A stretch of DNA of 64,000 nucleotides. Source: Podarcis bocagei (lineage: Eukaryota). This document shows positions 22,900-35,866 of this stretch, one piece after another. The first letter of the stretch is position 1; each line of letters begins with the position of its first letter. The notes beneath the pieces are model-generated. The model was not told the origin of the DNA and searched no databases. It worked only from the letters and a program-made list of their open reading frames with translations. The translations under genes were made by a program, and so were the position numbers. The stretch lies in assembly GCA_964188305.1 (NCBI GenBank), contig OZ076901.1. The stretch is one strand, 5' to 3'.

Positions 22900-23740
22900 A
22901 AATTTTTATTAAATTTTCTGTTTTACAATTTAAAATACTCCTTTTACATCCTTAAGATATCAATGACTTCCCTTCTTCTCTTTCCATGGTTCATTTTACA
23001 TATCATAAATCCCTGCATATTTTACAAAAACTATACCATTCAGTATTTCATTACTGCATCCATCAAAACTTGTTCACGTAGTTGAATTTATCTTAATGCT
23101 GCCAGCGTTTTCAGCTGTACACAATTATTTCCCATATATCCAATAAACATTTTCCAATCTTCTTTAAATGTATGTACTTCTTGTTCTCTTATTCTAGATG
23201 TTAGGTCTGTGAGCTGTGCATATTCTGTCAACTCAAGTTGCCATTCTTCTTTAGTTGGGACCTCCCTCATTTTCTAATTTTGGAGCTAGAGAAACACGGG
23301 CTGCAGTAGTGGCATACATAAGTAAAGGTAAAAGAACCCCTGACCATTAGGTCCAGTCATGACCAACTCTGGGGTTGCGGCGCTCATCTCGCTTTATTGG
23401 CCGAGGGAGCCGGCATTTGTCCACAGACAGCTTTTGGGTCATGTGGCCAGCATGACCAGGCTGCTTCTGGCGAACCAGAGCAGCACACAAAAATGCCGTT
23501 TACCTTCCCGCCGGAGTGGTACCTATTTATCTACTTGCACTTTGATGTGCTTTCAAACTGCTAGGTTGGCAGGAGCTGGGACCTAGCAACAGGAGCTCAC
23601 CTTGTCACGGGGATTCAAACCACTGACCTTCTGATCAGCAAGTCCTAGGCTCTGTGGTTTAACCCACAGCGCCACCTGCGTCCCTAGTGGCATATATAAA
23701 TAACCTTTTTTTGACACCTGGGAATTTCAGTCTGAATTAT
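22900..23740 (-). mobile_element. Older L1 3' fragment interrupted by a Sauria SINE
   Basis: EVPTKEEWQLELTEYAQL...RIREQ...EDWKMF is homologous to the C-terminus of the ORF2 at 38960-39130. Boundaries are approximate. Confidence 0.82.
23322..23684 (+). mobile_element. Sauria SINE
   Basis: gtaaaggtaaa head, gggtcatgtggccagcatgac core, ctgctaggttggcaggagctggg; TSD tagtggcata(c/t)ataa. Confidence 0.9.
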
Positions 23741-25189
23741 CCACAACAGAAGGGACTCTGGTCTATCAACTTCTTGGTCATGTGGATCTTAGAAGTGTGG
23801 CAAGGGGAGAAACTCTCCTTTCTGCACCTCTTTGCATACCTTTAAGGCACACCTGCCTTCCTCTCCTCTCCCCCTGTGTCCTACACCCAGCCTTCTCTGC
23901 CCTCCATTAAACTGCATGAGCCTGGGTGTCACCAAGATGAATTGGAGCTGCTGACAGTTATCATAGTGCAAGGCCGATCTTCTCCCTTCTCCTTCCCCCT
24001 CCCGTCCCCGTCCTCTACCTCCCCTGGCTGCGTGTCACTCTCTTTCTCTCCTAAACTACATTATCCCGTAAATAATATTTCTGCTTCGAGACAGCTCACT
24101 TAACTGCCAGGCCTAAGCAGACAGCCGGAGTGATGCGATATGATCCCTTTGACTACATTAGAGATTGTGGCAGGGAAGGAGATGGCAACAAACTGGGGGG
24201 TGGGTGGGGGAACGATTGCTTTGGCTGGGGGGATTTTTCCCTGTGATGGATCGGCCCCTAATGGCCCTCCTGATAGCAGGTAGCAAGGGGAGGGGGATGC
24301 CATCAGCTCCCCTGGAAAGGCTGTAAATCTAATCAGGCACTTTGATTGGAAAGGTCTTGACGGAAGGGGAATGGGATACAGAAATCAATGTGAACTTTTG
24401 CTGCAAGCTGGAGTGAGGGATGCATGTTGGCAAAAGTGGAGAGAGGAAGACATGGATGAGAAGGAAGATGGAGAGGTGAGGAGGAGAAGGAAGGATTAGG
24501 GTTGCCATATTTCAAAAATGAAAACCCAGGCACAAATGTTGTTGAGCTTTTTTTTTAGTTTTACCCAAAGTTGTTGGGCTTCCCCCAAAAAAAAATCTCA
24601 AAAAGAAGACGTTTTAAAGCTTTTAAAAAAGAAATTCGCCAAAATCTACACTTTCAACATGAGTTGCCATATGTCCAGATTTTGCCAGACATTTCAGCAA
24701 TTTCCCCATGGACACTGTTTCCAACAGCTGAATTGCAGCTTGTCTGGGAAATTCCAGGTGTATGGCATGTTTGGACACAAACAGTAAAGCAAGTTCCCGT
24801 TTTAATATCTTGAACCTGCCTTTCCAAAATTCTCTAGGCAGCATACAATACAGCATTAAGGATGGAGAGTTTGTGGTCCACCAAATGCTGTTGAACTTCA
24901 GCTCGCATCATGCCTGACCCCGGCTGCACTGGTTGGGGCTGATGGGAGTTGGAGTCCAGCAACATCTAGGGGAGCACAGATTCCACAACCCTGTTGGAGC
25001 AGGTCAGCCTTTTTTGTCTCTTTTTCCTAAGATTGTCTACTCTGACAGGCAGGTCTGTTTCCCAAACCCTTCCTAACTGGAAATGTCAAGGATCTAAATG
25101 ATCATGCCTCACCACTGGCCATGCTGGTTGGAGCTGATGGGAGCTGGAGTCCAACAATGTCTTGAGGGAGGTGGGTTCCCCGTCCCATA

Positions 25190-25193
<4 letters not shown>

Positions 25194-25233
<40 letters not shown>
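25194..25233. repeat. (AAC)n microsatellite at the L2 tail
   Basis: Read directly. Confidence 0.95.
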
Positions 25234-25234
<1 letters not shown>

Positions 25235-25950
25235 TTATTATTTATACCCCGCCCCAAAAGCTGCCCTAAACAGGGCTGCCTTCAGATGTCTTCTAAAGGT
25301 TTGGTAGTTATTTTTCTCTTTGACATTTGGTGGGAGGGCATTCCACAGGGTGGGTGCCACTACCAAAAAGGGCGTTTAGGGCTTTAAAGGTCAGCACCAA
25401 CACTTTGAATTGTGCTCAGAAACAGACTGGGAGCCAATGTAGGTCTTTCAAGACCGGTGTTATATGGTCTCGGCAGCCGCTCCCAGTCACCAGTCTAGCT
25501 GCCGCATTCTGGATTAGTTGTAGTTTCCAGGTCACCTTCAAAGGTAGCCCCACGTAGAGCGCATTGCAGTAGTCCAAGTGGGAGATAACTAAAGCATGCA
25601 CCACTCTGGCAAGACAGTCCGCGGGCAGGTAGGGTCTCAGCCTGCGTACCAGATGGAGCTGATAAACAGCTGCCATGGACACAGAATTGACCTGCACCTC
25701 CATGGACAGCTGTGAGTCCAGAATGACTCCCAGGCTGTGCACCTGGTCCTTCAGGGGCATGGTTACCCCATTCAGGACCAGGGAGTCCGCCACACCCGCC
25801 CGCCTCCTGTCCCCCCAAAACAGTACTTCTGTCTTGTCAGGATTCAACCTCAATCTGTTAGCCACCATCCATCCTCCAACCGCCTCCAGACACTCACACA
25901 GGACCTTCACCGCCTTCACTGGTTCCGATTTGAAAGAGAGGTAGAGCTGT
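25233..25950 (-). mobile_element. L2 LINE 3' fragment, internally deleted
   Basis: QLYLSF...WMVANRLRLNPDKTEVL...SHLDYCNALYVGLP...LQLIQNAAARLV...LHWLPV; adjacent (aac)n tail. Confidence 0.92.
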
Positions 25951-26305
25951 GCAAATGGCTCTTTTACCTCCCTGGGTTCAATGTTCAAACCAGGGGGTGA
26001 GGGGAGATGGGTGGGTGTCACCCTTAGCATGCTTGGGTTTTTTGTTTTTGAAGCGCATGCATATTTCCAAATATACAGGTAAGGCAGATGGGAAGCAAGC
26101 CCACAGGGACACAGGAAGTCAAAACCATAGCCCTAAAGCAGCAGCAAAAAACAAAACAGAAACCATCCACATCCTTTCACAGTTCCTGTCAACCCCCCCC
26201 CCAACTGCTCCTTAACAATCTATTTAGCCAAACTGGAGTCGCTTCAGAGGAGAATAACAGAGATGGCCAAAGGTGTGGAACACAAGTCCTCTGAGTAAAG
26301 ATAAA

Positions 26306-26500
26306 GGGGGTAAAGGACTCCTGGATGGTGAAGTCCAGTCAAAGGTGACTGTGGGGTTGTGGCGCTCACCTCGCTTTCAGGCCGAGGAAGCCGGCATTTG
26401 TCCACAGGCAGCTTTCTGGGTTATGTGGCCATCATGACTAAACTGCTTCTGGAGCAACGAAACACTGTGATGCGTGCCAGAGAGCACGGAAATGCTGTTT
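26306..26500 (+). mobile_element. Sauria SINE, partial
   Basis: Homologous to about half of the copies at 33276 and 56021. Confidence 0.8.
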
Positions 26501-27220
26501 ATAGGTTGAGGGCACCGGGAATATATTTAGCTTGGGGGAAGACTGAGTATGTGATAGGATTCTTTAAATACTGAGATATAAAAGTGGGCATACTGTAGCT
26601 CTTGGCTGACCCAGAAGCCTGGAATATATCTTCAGTTACAGGACAGCAGATTGCATGTCAACATTAGGAGACATTTAAGAATAAGAGATCCAGACAGTGG
26701 AACCAACTACCGAGAAGGTTGATGGAGCTCTCTCTCATTGGAGGCTCTGCCAGTCAAAGCTTGGGCAGCCATTTCCAGAGGATGCTGTAGCTCAGGATTT
26801 CCTCCATGAAGCAGCAAGTTGGACTAGATGTCATTCATGGTCCCCTCCAGGTCTGTGAATCTAACTCCAAAGTGCCAAACTCTCTCACATCCTTTGTCAT
26901 GTTATTAAAAAAATTAGCCTCCTCTCCTTTCAGTTTGAAGTCCAACCCTGCAACATCCCTAATTGTTTCTGAAAGGCAGCAGCCTGATTTCTTCTGGAGG
27001 ATTATTCCACGGGTTAGGAGCCATTACCGAAAAGACCCTGCTCTGCACCTCCATGGTACAGTCAACAGAGCCTCCCCATCAGATTGCAATAATCTGGGTG
27101 ATTTGGTATGGGAGATGAAGGTCTCTCAGATGGTGTGCTTCTCAGCTGTTTAGGGCCTTATAAGTCAATATCAACATAGGGACATTATACGGAGTCAGAT
27201 TGTTGGTGTATCTAGCTAAG

Positions 27221-27280
27221 AATGAATGAATGAATGAATGAATGAATGAATGAATGAATGAATAAATAAATAAATAAATA
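27221..27280. repeat. Compound (AATG)n(AAAT)n microsatellite
   Basis: Read directly. Confidence 0.95.
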
Positions 27281-27282
27281 TA

Positions 27283-27536
27283 CAGTGGTACCTCTGGATG
27301 CGAATGGGATCCATTCCAGAGCCCTGTTCGCATCCTGAGTAGAATGTAACACACGACTGCGCATCTGCGCGTGTCACGTTTCACTGCTTCTGCGCATGTG
27401 CGCGATGTTATTTTGAGCATCTGCGCATGCGCGAGCGGCAAAACCTGGAAGTAACGTGCTCCGTTACTTCCGGGTCGCCACAGAGCATAACCTGAAAATG
27501 CTCAACCTGAAGCACATTTATCCCAAGGTATGACTG
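27283..27536. mobile_element. Tc1/mariner (Tigger-like) MITE, diverged
   Basis: TA|cagtggtacctc...aggtatgactg|TA with a CpG-rich gcgcatgcgc core. Confidence 0.78.
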
Positions 27537-28877
27537 TAATAATACACTGGCTGGCAGCAGCTCTCCAGGGTTTTAGGCAGGGGTCTCTCCCATTCCTACC
27601 TTGAGATGCTCTGGCACTGAGCCTAGGCCCCATCCCCAGGACCTCCCTGCGGTTCCCTGCCTTCCAACATCTGCCACCCGAGGCAGCTGCCTCACCCAGC
27701 CTAACAGTAGCTCTGTCGCTGTCATCAAATGATCCCAAGTTTGGAGTGCTAGAAGAAAAGGAGAGGGTGAAAACAACAGCCTCTTCTCTCTGTCTTCTTT
27801 CTCCATGCCACACACTGTCTTATAAACCTCGGTCACATCCCTCTCCACCCCACTTAGTGGATTTGTGTTTTCAAACTTAGAAGCTGCAGATGTGTTAGCC
27901 TTTCTCCTTCTTATGTGCTGTTTGTGAGTTCCTGGAACATGACACCCCACCCCCCACCCTGCAACACACACGCACAGTTCCATGTATCTGTCCTCAGCAA
28001 TCACCGTGGAATATAATCTGTGGCTTATTTAACCCAGTAGCTTGCAGAGACTTTAACAGATCACGCAGTCATTGCACAGAAGCCGTCAGAATGGATGAGT
28101 TGTCATGTCAGGGTGGAGCATTCTCTCCCCTTCTCTGTCCCCCCCGCCCCCGCTTCTGCCGTAGCCTGCTAGCTATTAAATTCTCCTGTAGAAAGGCTGC
28201 TGCAGGGTTGATGTTTCCATTTGCAGCGACAGAGATCTGGATCAGATTTACTGTCCTGTCCAATAAAACAGCAATGGAAGCATCATTCCTGGTGCGGTAG
28301 AAGACAGACAGAGTTATTCAAGTGCCGGGTACCCAGGGGGTGAATGAGAAAGAGTTCTTAACATTGAAGACGAAAGATACGGAGGAATTGAAGGCGGCCA
28401 GTTTCAAAGGAAGAAAATGAGCTTTTCTTTAAAAAATAAATAAAATAAAATGCTATTATTATTTGCAAAAACACAATTGCGAGACGTCAAACAAAAGCAA
28501 GGTCCTAAACATGCTTACTTGGAAATAGTATTGTGTTCCTGTTTGCCTATGCACATTGCACCACTGATTTATATAGAGCCCTGCAGAGTTACACCCAGGT
28601 GACATGGATAAGGCTTCCCTACCTCCCTCAGGGTGCTTACAATATAAAACAGACAGTGGCGAGACAGAAGGAGAGAGAGACAGAGAGAAAAGGTGGGTAC
28701 ATGATCTCACATGTATCTAAATCAAGAGTGGGGAGCAATTTTCAACCCAAGGGCCACATACTCTCCTGGGCAACCTTCCAGGGGCCACCTGCCCATGGTT
28801 GGTGGGACCAGTAGCAAAAGTGGGCAAAACAATAGGTGCCATTTCCTCCCCCTTTTACAGGAGGCTACATTTAAGGC

Positions 28878-29231
28878 GGGACATGGGTGGTGCTGTGGGT
28901 TAAACCACTGAGCCTAGGACTTTCCAATCAGGAGGTTGGTGGTTCAAATCCCTGCGACAGGGTGAGCTCCCGTTGCTCGGTCTCTGCTCCTGCCAACCTA
29001 GCAGTTCAAAAGCACGTCAAACTGCAAGTAGATAAATAGGTACCGCTCCGGCGGGAAGGTAAACGGCGTTTCCGTGCGCTGCTTTGGTTCACCAGAAGCG
29101 GCTTAGCCATGCTGGCCACATGACCTGGAAGCTGTACGCCGGCTCCCTCGGTCAATAAAGTGAGACGAGCGCTGCAACCCCAGAGTCGGCCACGACTGGA
29201 CCTAAAGGTCAGGGGTCCCTTTACCTTTACT
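28878..29231 (-). mobile_element. Sauria SINE
   Basis: Reverse-complement homolog of 23322-23684; TSD tttaaggc. Confidence 0.9.
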
Positions 29232-29684
29232 TTTAAGGCACACTCAGATACCCTTTCTCTGTTCTCCATCCAGAAAAGCAAAAGGCATCATCAGTATGCA
29301 AGTGCACGTTCCAGTCCAATCCACGTCCACCATGAGGAGGGCATGAAGCAGGGCTAGTCAGGGCTGTGGCCTGGGGAGAGGAAGTGCAGTTGGGAAGAGT
29401 CCCAAGGATCAGAGGATGCAACTTGAAGGCCCACCTTTGGCTCCTGACCTGAGGTTCCCACCACTGACTTAAAGCATGGTTACTGTTGGGACTGACGATT
29501 TGGGGAGTAAGCCAAAGATCATGCAGGAGAGGTGGATTTGGAGACGAATATGAAAGATGGGAGAGAGATGAGATCAGCGCTGGGTTCACAGATGAAGTCA
29601 GCAAATGTAGGTTCCTCCCTGTCCACCCCATAAATAATTGGCGGAATGGCCCAAGGGAGACTCCATAGGAGCCAACTCCTAGGG

Positions 29685-29799
29685 TAGGCATAGGCAAACT
29701 CCGGCCCTTCCCATCATCCCTGACCACTGATTTTGTTAGCTAGGGATGATGGGAATTGTAGTCCCAAACATCTGGCGGGTCAGAGTTTGCCTATGCCTG
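29685..29799. mobile_element. hAT-type MITE
   Basis: TIR (t/c)aggcataggcaaact and an 8-bp TSD tcctaggg. Confidence 0.85.
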
Positions 29800-31685
29800 T
29801 CCTAGGGGCTGAGGTCCCAATAAAATATTTGAGGGGACTGCCCGTCCCAAAGTTGATGAGCATTGCCATTAAATGGTGTGTGTGTACCATATCATGTGAT
29901 CTATTATACCTGCCCCCCATATTTTATTCAAGTTGACACCCCTGGGTCTCTCTTCTAGCAGCTCAGCCACCCCAGAACCCTTTCCCCCCATCCCTGTCAG
30001 CAAGAGAAAATTTGGCTACCCCTGGCTTACAGGCACCCAGCACTTGCCCACAGTTACTAAGGGGAAAGGATTTATTTCATTGTTGATTAGGGGCATTTAT
30101 ATGCCAACCAATCAAACATGTCCTCTGGGCAGTTTGCAATTGTTTGTTTGTTTGATAATAAATTGTTAGATTTATATACTGCCCTTCATCCAAAGATCAC
30201 AGGGCGGTTTACAATATAACCAATAATCAATAATAGTAAAAAAGTACATGCAACAGCTAATATCTCTACACAAACTGCATCACTACAAAATGAATGTAGA
30301 ACTGAAACCATGCGCTCCAAGGAAAAAAAGCACTAAAACTCAAAAGTTTGTTTAAAATTCATGTGTGTATGAATGTACAGATGATGTTGTAATGTGCACC
30401 TCTGCCCTGTACCACCCTCACTGCAACCAAGCAAGCAGTGCGCATATTATCCCCATTTAATGTATGGGGAATGAAGGCTGAGAGATAGAGACACACATCA
30501 ATTTCACTTTCAGACACCCCCCTCTTTTAAAACACCTCTGCCGGGTTGGTGGTCCATAAAATACGGACTGGAATTCCAGATCGAGATTGTGACCCTGCCG
30601 TGCAAATGCCCATCAGTGTGCTAAGGTATCTTTGATCACAGCAGGCTCCCTTTCACCTCCCTTCTCCTGCAGGTGAGGCAGAGGAGCCATCAGCCATTAA
30701 ACAGTCACTGGATATGGGGGGAAATAATCTCTTGTGGAATGCAGCTTGACCCCCTGCGACCCTTTGCTGCAGTTTCTCTTTGAGTGCATTCCAGGTAGCA
30801 GGCAGAAGCAGAAGCAGGAAAAATAGAAAGTGGATTTTGGTGCTGAGAAATCACAGCGGGAGTGGAGGATTAACTCAGTCACTCCTGGAAGAAATTTAAT
30901 CTGGAGTACTAGCGAGGGGGGGGAATGAAATCAGGCTTGGTGAAACAGCTCCAATTGCTTCATCCGCTCTTAAATTGGGTGTAAAATGCTTAGTCCAGCT
31001 ATGTTTGGTAAAGGGGTTAAAAGAGAGGCTCTTCTTGTCTGCCCATAGGGGCTTCTTTGACATCTGTCTGGCAAGCCATGTGTCCAAGGACATATCATGA
31101 ACAGCTGATGCAGTCTACACCTTGTTGCTAAGGTTGCCATTTTTTTCTGGCTCTGCACCTCCTTTTTTAACAGCTGCCTGCCATACAGAAATTAACCAAG
31201 CGACCTTTTCCTCATGGCCTCATCGCTCTGTCAAGAAAAGTCCCCCCCCCCCAATTTCTGACTGTCAGAGGAACAATGGAAGAGGCCTTATATTACCCAC
31301 ACTGACCGACAGTAGCTTTCTGGAGTTTCAGACAGGGGCTTTCCCTACCCTAATCTCATACCCTCCAACGCCCTGAAAGCAAAAACCAGGGTGCCATCTT
31401 CCCAGACATGTTCTTCTCTCTCCCCCCCCCCCTTGCAACAGATTGGCAGCCATTTTGGCCACTGTGATCTGGTGCAATTTTGTGCTGTGATCTCGCCCTG
31501 AAAAAAGCATCCCCCCCCCAGGGAGAAGTCATGGTGCAAAATAATGCGAGATCTCAGTGGCCAAAATGGCTGCTGTTCTCTAGCAAGGAAAAAAATGGGA
31601 TGTCCCGATTTTTCTAGGACACTTGCGATGTATGCCACCTGGAGAATCTGTGGGCTGAACTTGAGAGCTTCTGTGTGCAAAGCAG

Positions 31686-31687
<2 letters not shown>

Positions 31688-31746
<59 letters not shown>
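31688..31746. repeat. (ATA)n microsatellite, probably the tail of a short L2 3' fragment extending to ~31800
   Basis: Followed by tttatttataccctgccc, resembling the sequence next to the tail at 25233. Confidence 0.92.
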
Positions 31747-32209
31747 TTTATTTATACCCTGCCCATACATCTGGCTGGGTTGCCCCAGCCACTGAGCAAC
31801 AGTCTGGATGCAGTAAACTAGGCCAGTAGAAAGAGGGGGCTCTCCACTCATGGCCAGTTCTCCTTTTCCAGGTTTTTCTCACATGAGTGTTAGTGCTGCT
31901 ATCCCTACCCATAATTCTCCTTAGAGCAGGGAAATTTGTCTTTCACCATTTTCAATTTCAAGTTGAAAGTCCTCTTAAGATAACTCAAAACTTTGACCTT
32001 GCCTGGTCAGCAGGGCAGGAAACAGGTCCAGGTTCCAGCAATGGCAGAGTTTAGAGACCCTGAATTTATGCTCCCTCGCGGTCTAGATTTCGATATCCTT
32101 GGCTGGCTCTGAGAGCAAAGAGGACTTTTACTCTCTCCACCCCCATCCTCTAGGAAAGATGCCAAAAAAGCAGCTGGGGAATCCCAGGAGCTGGAGAGGC
32201 ACCCAGACC

Positions 32210-32361
32210 CAGTGCTTTTTTTCTGGGGGGGACGCAGGTGTACACATACCCCTAAACATTTTGTGAATCTCAGTTTGGCCTCAATGAGGGGCAGTATTTC
32301 AGTATGAGTAGGAAAATGAGAGTACCCCTAAACATTTTTTTTTTTAGAAAAAAATGCACTG
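32210..32361. mobile_element. MITE with cagtgcttttttt TIRs; relatives at 9757-9874 and ~53140-53266
   Basis: cagtgctttttttct...agaaaaaaatgcactg. Confidence 0.7.
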
Positions 32362-33275
32362 CCCTAAGAGCAAACAAACATTTCCTCTGCACGAGTGATG
32401 CTTCAATGTGGAATGGGGAGAAATGGGGAAGCACTGTCTATTCTGCTGCTCAGGTAACACTTTCAAAGACAGACCCTTGCCAAAAATGTATCGGTCAAAG
32501 ACAATTGGGAACTCCTCATGTGCTATTAAAAAAAAATAAAAACCCACTAATACACTGGAACTATCCAGTTAAACGGCAATTACGAAACCCTGCAAGCTTC
32601 CCGGCTGCAGCATATTAATAACACAATTAAACATGTATCACTTAATGCAAATGGAAAAAAGATAGAACTTAATCGGATGGCAGTGCAACCCCAGGAAGTG
32701 ACCATTTAGCAAACTAATGTCTATTTAATTATAGGCCCCTCCTCTGTAATAAGCTAAAACACGCCAGTCTTTATCATTTCTTTTCTCAGAACTCAGTTGC
32801 AGTGCTAGTCTGAGGAATTCCATCTCGGCTTCCCCACATTGGCAGTGACTCAAGCCCTTGGACAGCTGTGGAGATTAAATTCCCTGAATGGTCCTTGGCA
32901 TCTTCTCTTTTCTTTGCATTGTCCAGCTGCAAACAGCTGGATGGGACATATATTCCCACCACCAGCTTCTTCTCTGGCATTTAATGTGGGTACATCCCAA
33001 TAGAGAACTTTTGGATCGTTGTGTTCTGCTATATCATGACTACTACAGAATATTCCTGCACTGATATATGGTTTTCACTTTAAACAGTCCTGGCTTTGAC
33101 CACAGAACTCTGGAAGCTGTAGTTTGTTATGGGTGCTGAGAGTTGTTAGGAGACTGCCCCCTTCCTTCGCAGAACTACAATTCCCAGAGTTCCTGGGAAG
33201 GGGGATTGATTTTTAAACCATTCTGAGAATTGTAGCCAGCCTCACTGCTGCCTTGCCTGTCTCCTTTCTGGTAAG

Positions 33276-33652
33276 GGTAAAGGTAAAGGACCCCTGGATG
33301 GTTAAGTCCAATCAAAGACGACTATGGAGTTGCAGCGCTCATCTCACTTTCAGGCTGAGGGAGCCAGCGTTTGTTCACAGGCATCTTTCTGGGTCATGTG
33401 GCCAGCATGACTAAACCGCTTCTGGCGCAACGAGACACCGTGACAGAAACCAGAGCACATGGAAATGCTGTTTACCTTCCCGTCACAGCGGTACCTATTT
33501 ATCTACTTGCACTGGTGTGCTTTTGAACTGCCAGGTTGGCAGGAGTTGGGACAGAGTAATGGGAGCTCACCCCGTCATGTGGATTCGAACTGCCAACTTC
33601 CCAATCAGCAAGCCAAGGGCTCTGTGGTTTAGACCACAGTGCCACCCACGTC
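33276..33652 (+). mobile_element. Sauria SINE
   Basis: ggtaaaggtaaaggacccctgg...ccacagtgccacccacgtcc, same family as above. Confidence 0.9.
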
Positions 33653-34575
33653 CTTTCCAGTAAGACACAGCGACATCGATAATGGGAGATCAAATCTCTA
33701 CACGACTGTATTACCGGGGGGTGGGGGGCTGAATGCATGAAAGCTTCTAAGCATGTCCACCCAGGTGTGCTTCAAAACCCCCATTCAGACCTTCGCATTC
33801 AACATGGGAAGGTTGGGGGTTGGAGTACACAGGGACATCTGGGGGGTGAGACCAGCATACAGACCACCTCCTTGTGCCTTTGCCTCCTGAGCAAGGCTAG
33901 CGGTGTGAATGGAGCCATTTGTATCATTGTGTATTCATGTTGCTAGTCAGTGCGCAATGCTAAATAATAAAATAATTTGCAAAAATGGGTCAGCTCATGG
34001 TCAGCCAGTTGATGAGTGGAGCATGTGGCGAACCACTGAGACGAATGGTTTTAACATGCAGAAACACCAGCTTAAGGCTGATTGAAGCCACGTCCTGCCA
34101 TGTCCAAACGGTCATGCACATCAACCCGCATAAATGGGAAATGGCGCATGTTTCCTGCTCCTCGGGGAGCTGCAGCAATTTCCCTGCAGAAAGCACAAAG
34201 CCTGCGAGGTCAGGACCGGCTGGAGTCTCTCTGTGACGGGTGATCAGTTCAGGCTGACAGGTGTGAAGTTGGCAATTTTCTTTCCCAAAATGGCCAGATA
34301 AACAGGCTGGCAGCAGTCAGGGGAGATGGAGAGGGACGTGGAGATAAGGGGGGAATGGAAACAGAAAAGATGGGCAGCTGGAGCAGATCACTCAGCCAGC
34401 TCTGTCACAGACCAGAAGCAAAGAAAAGGATTAACCCTACACTGACTGGCCCACCCACCACAAGAAACATCTTTGGGGTGAGATGGAAAAGGAATAGATT
34501 TACAGATCCAGGCAAGGAGAGCTCTGGGCTCTTAAAGGACTCTGTAGGTTCATAAAGGCATGCACCCTTGATGTA

Positions 34576-34809
34576 NNNNNNNNNNNNNNNNNNNNNNNNN
34601 NNNNNNNNNNNNNNNNNNNNNNNNNNNNNNNNNNNNNNNNNNNNNNNNNNNNNNNNNNNNNNNNNNNNNNNNNNNNNNNNNNNNNNNNNNNNNNNNNNNN
34701 NNNNNNNNNNNNNNNNNNNNNNNNNNNNNNNNNNNNNNNNNNNNNNNNNNNNNNNNNNNNNNNNNNNNNNNNNNNNNNNNNNNNNNNNNNNNNNNNNNNN
34801 NNNNNNNNN
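34576..34809. other. Assembly gap
   Basis: Run of N. Confidence 1.
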
Positions 34810-34877
34810 TCACGGGTACAGGAATGCAGGTTTTGGTGTCTTCGGGTGTCTTCCCGTGTAAGAGTTGGGGTGTCTAG

Positions 34878-34915
34878 GCGACGTTTCGACGAGGTCTCAC
34901 TCGTCATCTTCAGGC
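34878..34915 (-). ncRNA. Minimal type-I hammerhead ribozyme motif (inverted copy)
   Basis: Exact reverse complement of 35791-35828. Confidence 0.7.
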
Positions 34916-35790
34916 TGGTGCTTTCGGCTTCTTGTTACTGGAACAGAGCAGGATCTCAGTGTTTGAGTTCCTATAAATACTGTTGAGGGGGTGTGGTGTA
35001 TAGCCTCCAACGTTCTGGGCAGAGAGGAAGTTCCCAGGTTAGTGTGCCTTTTCTTCTTTTGTTCATTAATTACTTGAGGGATATCTTGAGTGATTTCTTG
35101 AGTGATATTCTGAGTACCACTTAGGAGGGTCATTAGGTGTGGATTAGTTGCTAAAGCTTTCGTGTCTTGACCTCTTGAGCTTGTGAAGAGTTTTTCTGAG
35201 AAGATGGCTGTACTGCAAATAGTTGTGCTCTGGCTTGGCTTCGTGTATAGGGGCGAGCTGTGGTTTTGTGCCCTGTGCCAGCCAGATCTGTGTAGGGATT
35301 GCAGGGGGGTGCAGTATCCGGAGGTGCCACTATGGTTTGGCTACTGGATGGTGTCTGTAATTTATCTGTGGAGAGGGTCTGGGTTTGGGTCTGGTGTGGT
35401 TGATTGGAGATGGCGTTCTGTGTGCCTCTGGTTCTGGTGTCGGTTTTTGTGGGGAGGGCTAATTTCCAGATGTCTGGCAGGCGGGACGTGTCGTCACGCT
35501 TGTTCATGTTGTGAGGGTGTTTCTCTATCTCGATGGCTTCCATGATTGTTCTCTTGTGGTGATGTTCCATGTTAAAGAGCATAAAGTGGTACTCAGAATA
35601 TCACTCAAGAAATCACTCAAGATATCCCTCAAGTAATTAATGAACAAAAGAAGAAAAGGCACACTAACCTGGGAACTTCCTCTCTGCCCAGAACGTTGGA
35701 GGCTATACACCACACCCCCTCAACAGTATTTATAGGAACTCAAACACTGAGATCCTGCTCTGTTCCAGTAACAAGAAGCCGAAAGCACCA

Positions 35791-35828
35791 GCCTGAAGAT
35801 GACGAGTGAGACCTCGTCGAAACGTCGC
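35791..35828 (+). ncRNA. Minimal type-I hammerhead ribozyme motif (PLE pLTR)
   Basis: gc-CTGAAGA-t-GACGAG tgagac CTCGTC-GAA-ACGT-C-gc: conserved core, 6-bp stem II, palindromic stem III; stem I is only 2 bp. Confidence 0.7.
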
Positions 35829-35866
35829 CTAGACACCCCAACTCTTACACGGGAAGACACCCGAAG

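Larger units (their letters stand above)
34810..35866 (-). mobile_element. Penelope-like element (Poseidon-type) 3' fragment with inverted pLTR
   Basis: ORF 35151-35582 carries a GIY-YIG C-terminal-like segment (KRTIMEAIEIEKHPHNMNKRDDTSRLPDIWK). A ~280-bp inverted repeat spans 34840-35122 and 35584-35866. Flanked by N gaps on both sides. Confidence 0.85.

Noticed and set aside
30645-30678. Pyrimidine tract-cag/gtgagg resembling a recursive splice site
   Set aside because: On the plus strand, antisense to NECTIN1, with no evidence of a plus-strand transcript.
31345-31851. Poly-Ile ORFs that look like TM segments
   Set aside because: Translation of the (ATA)n microsatellite.
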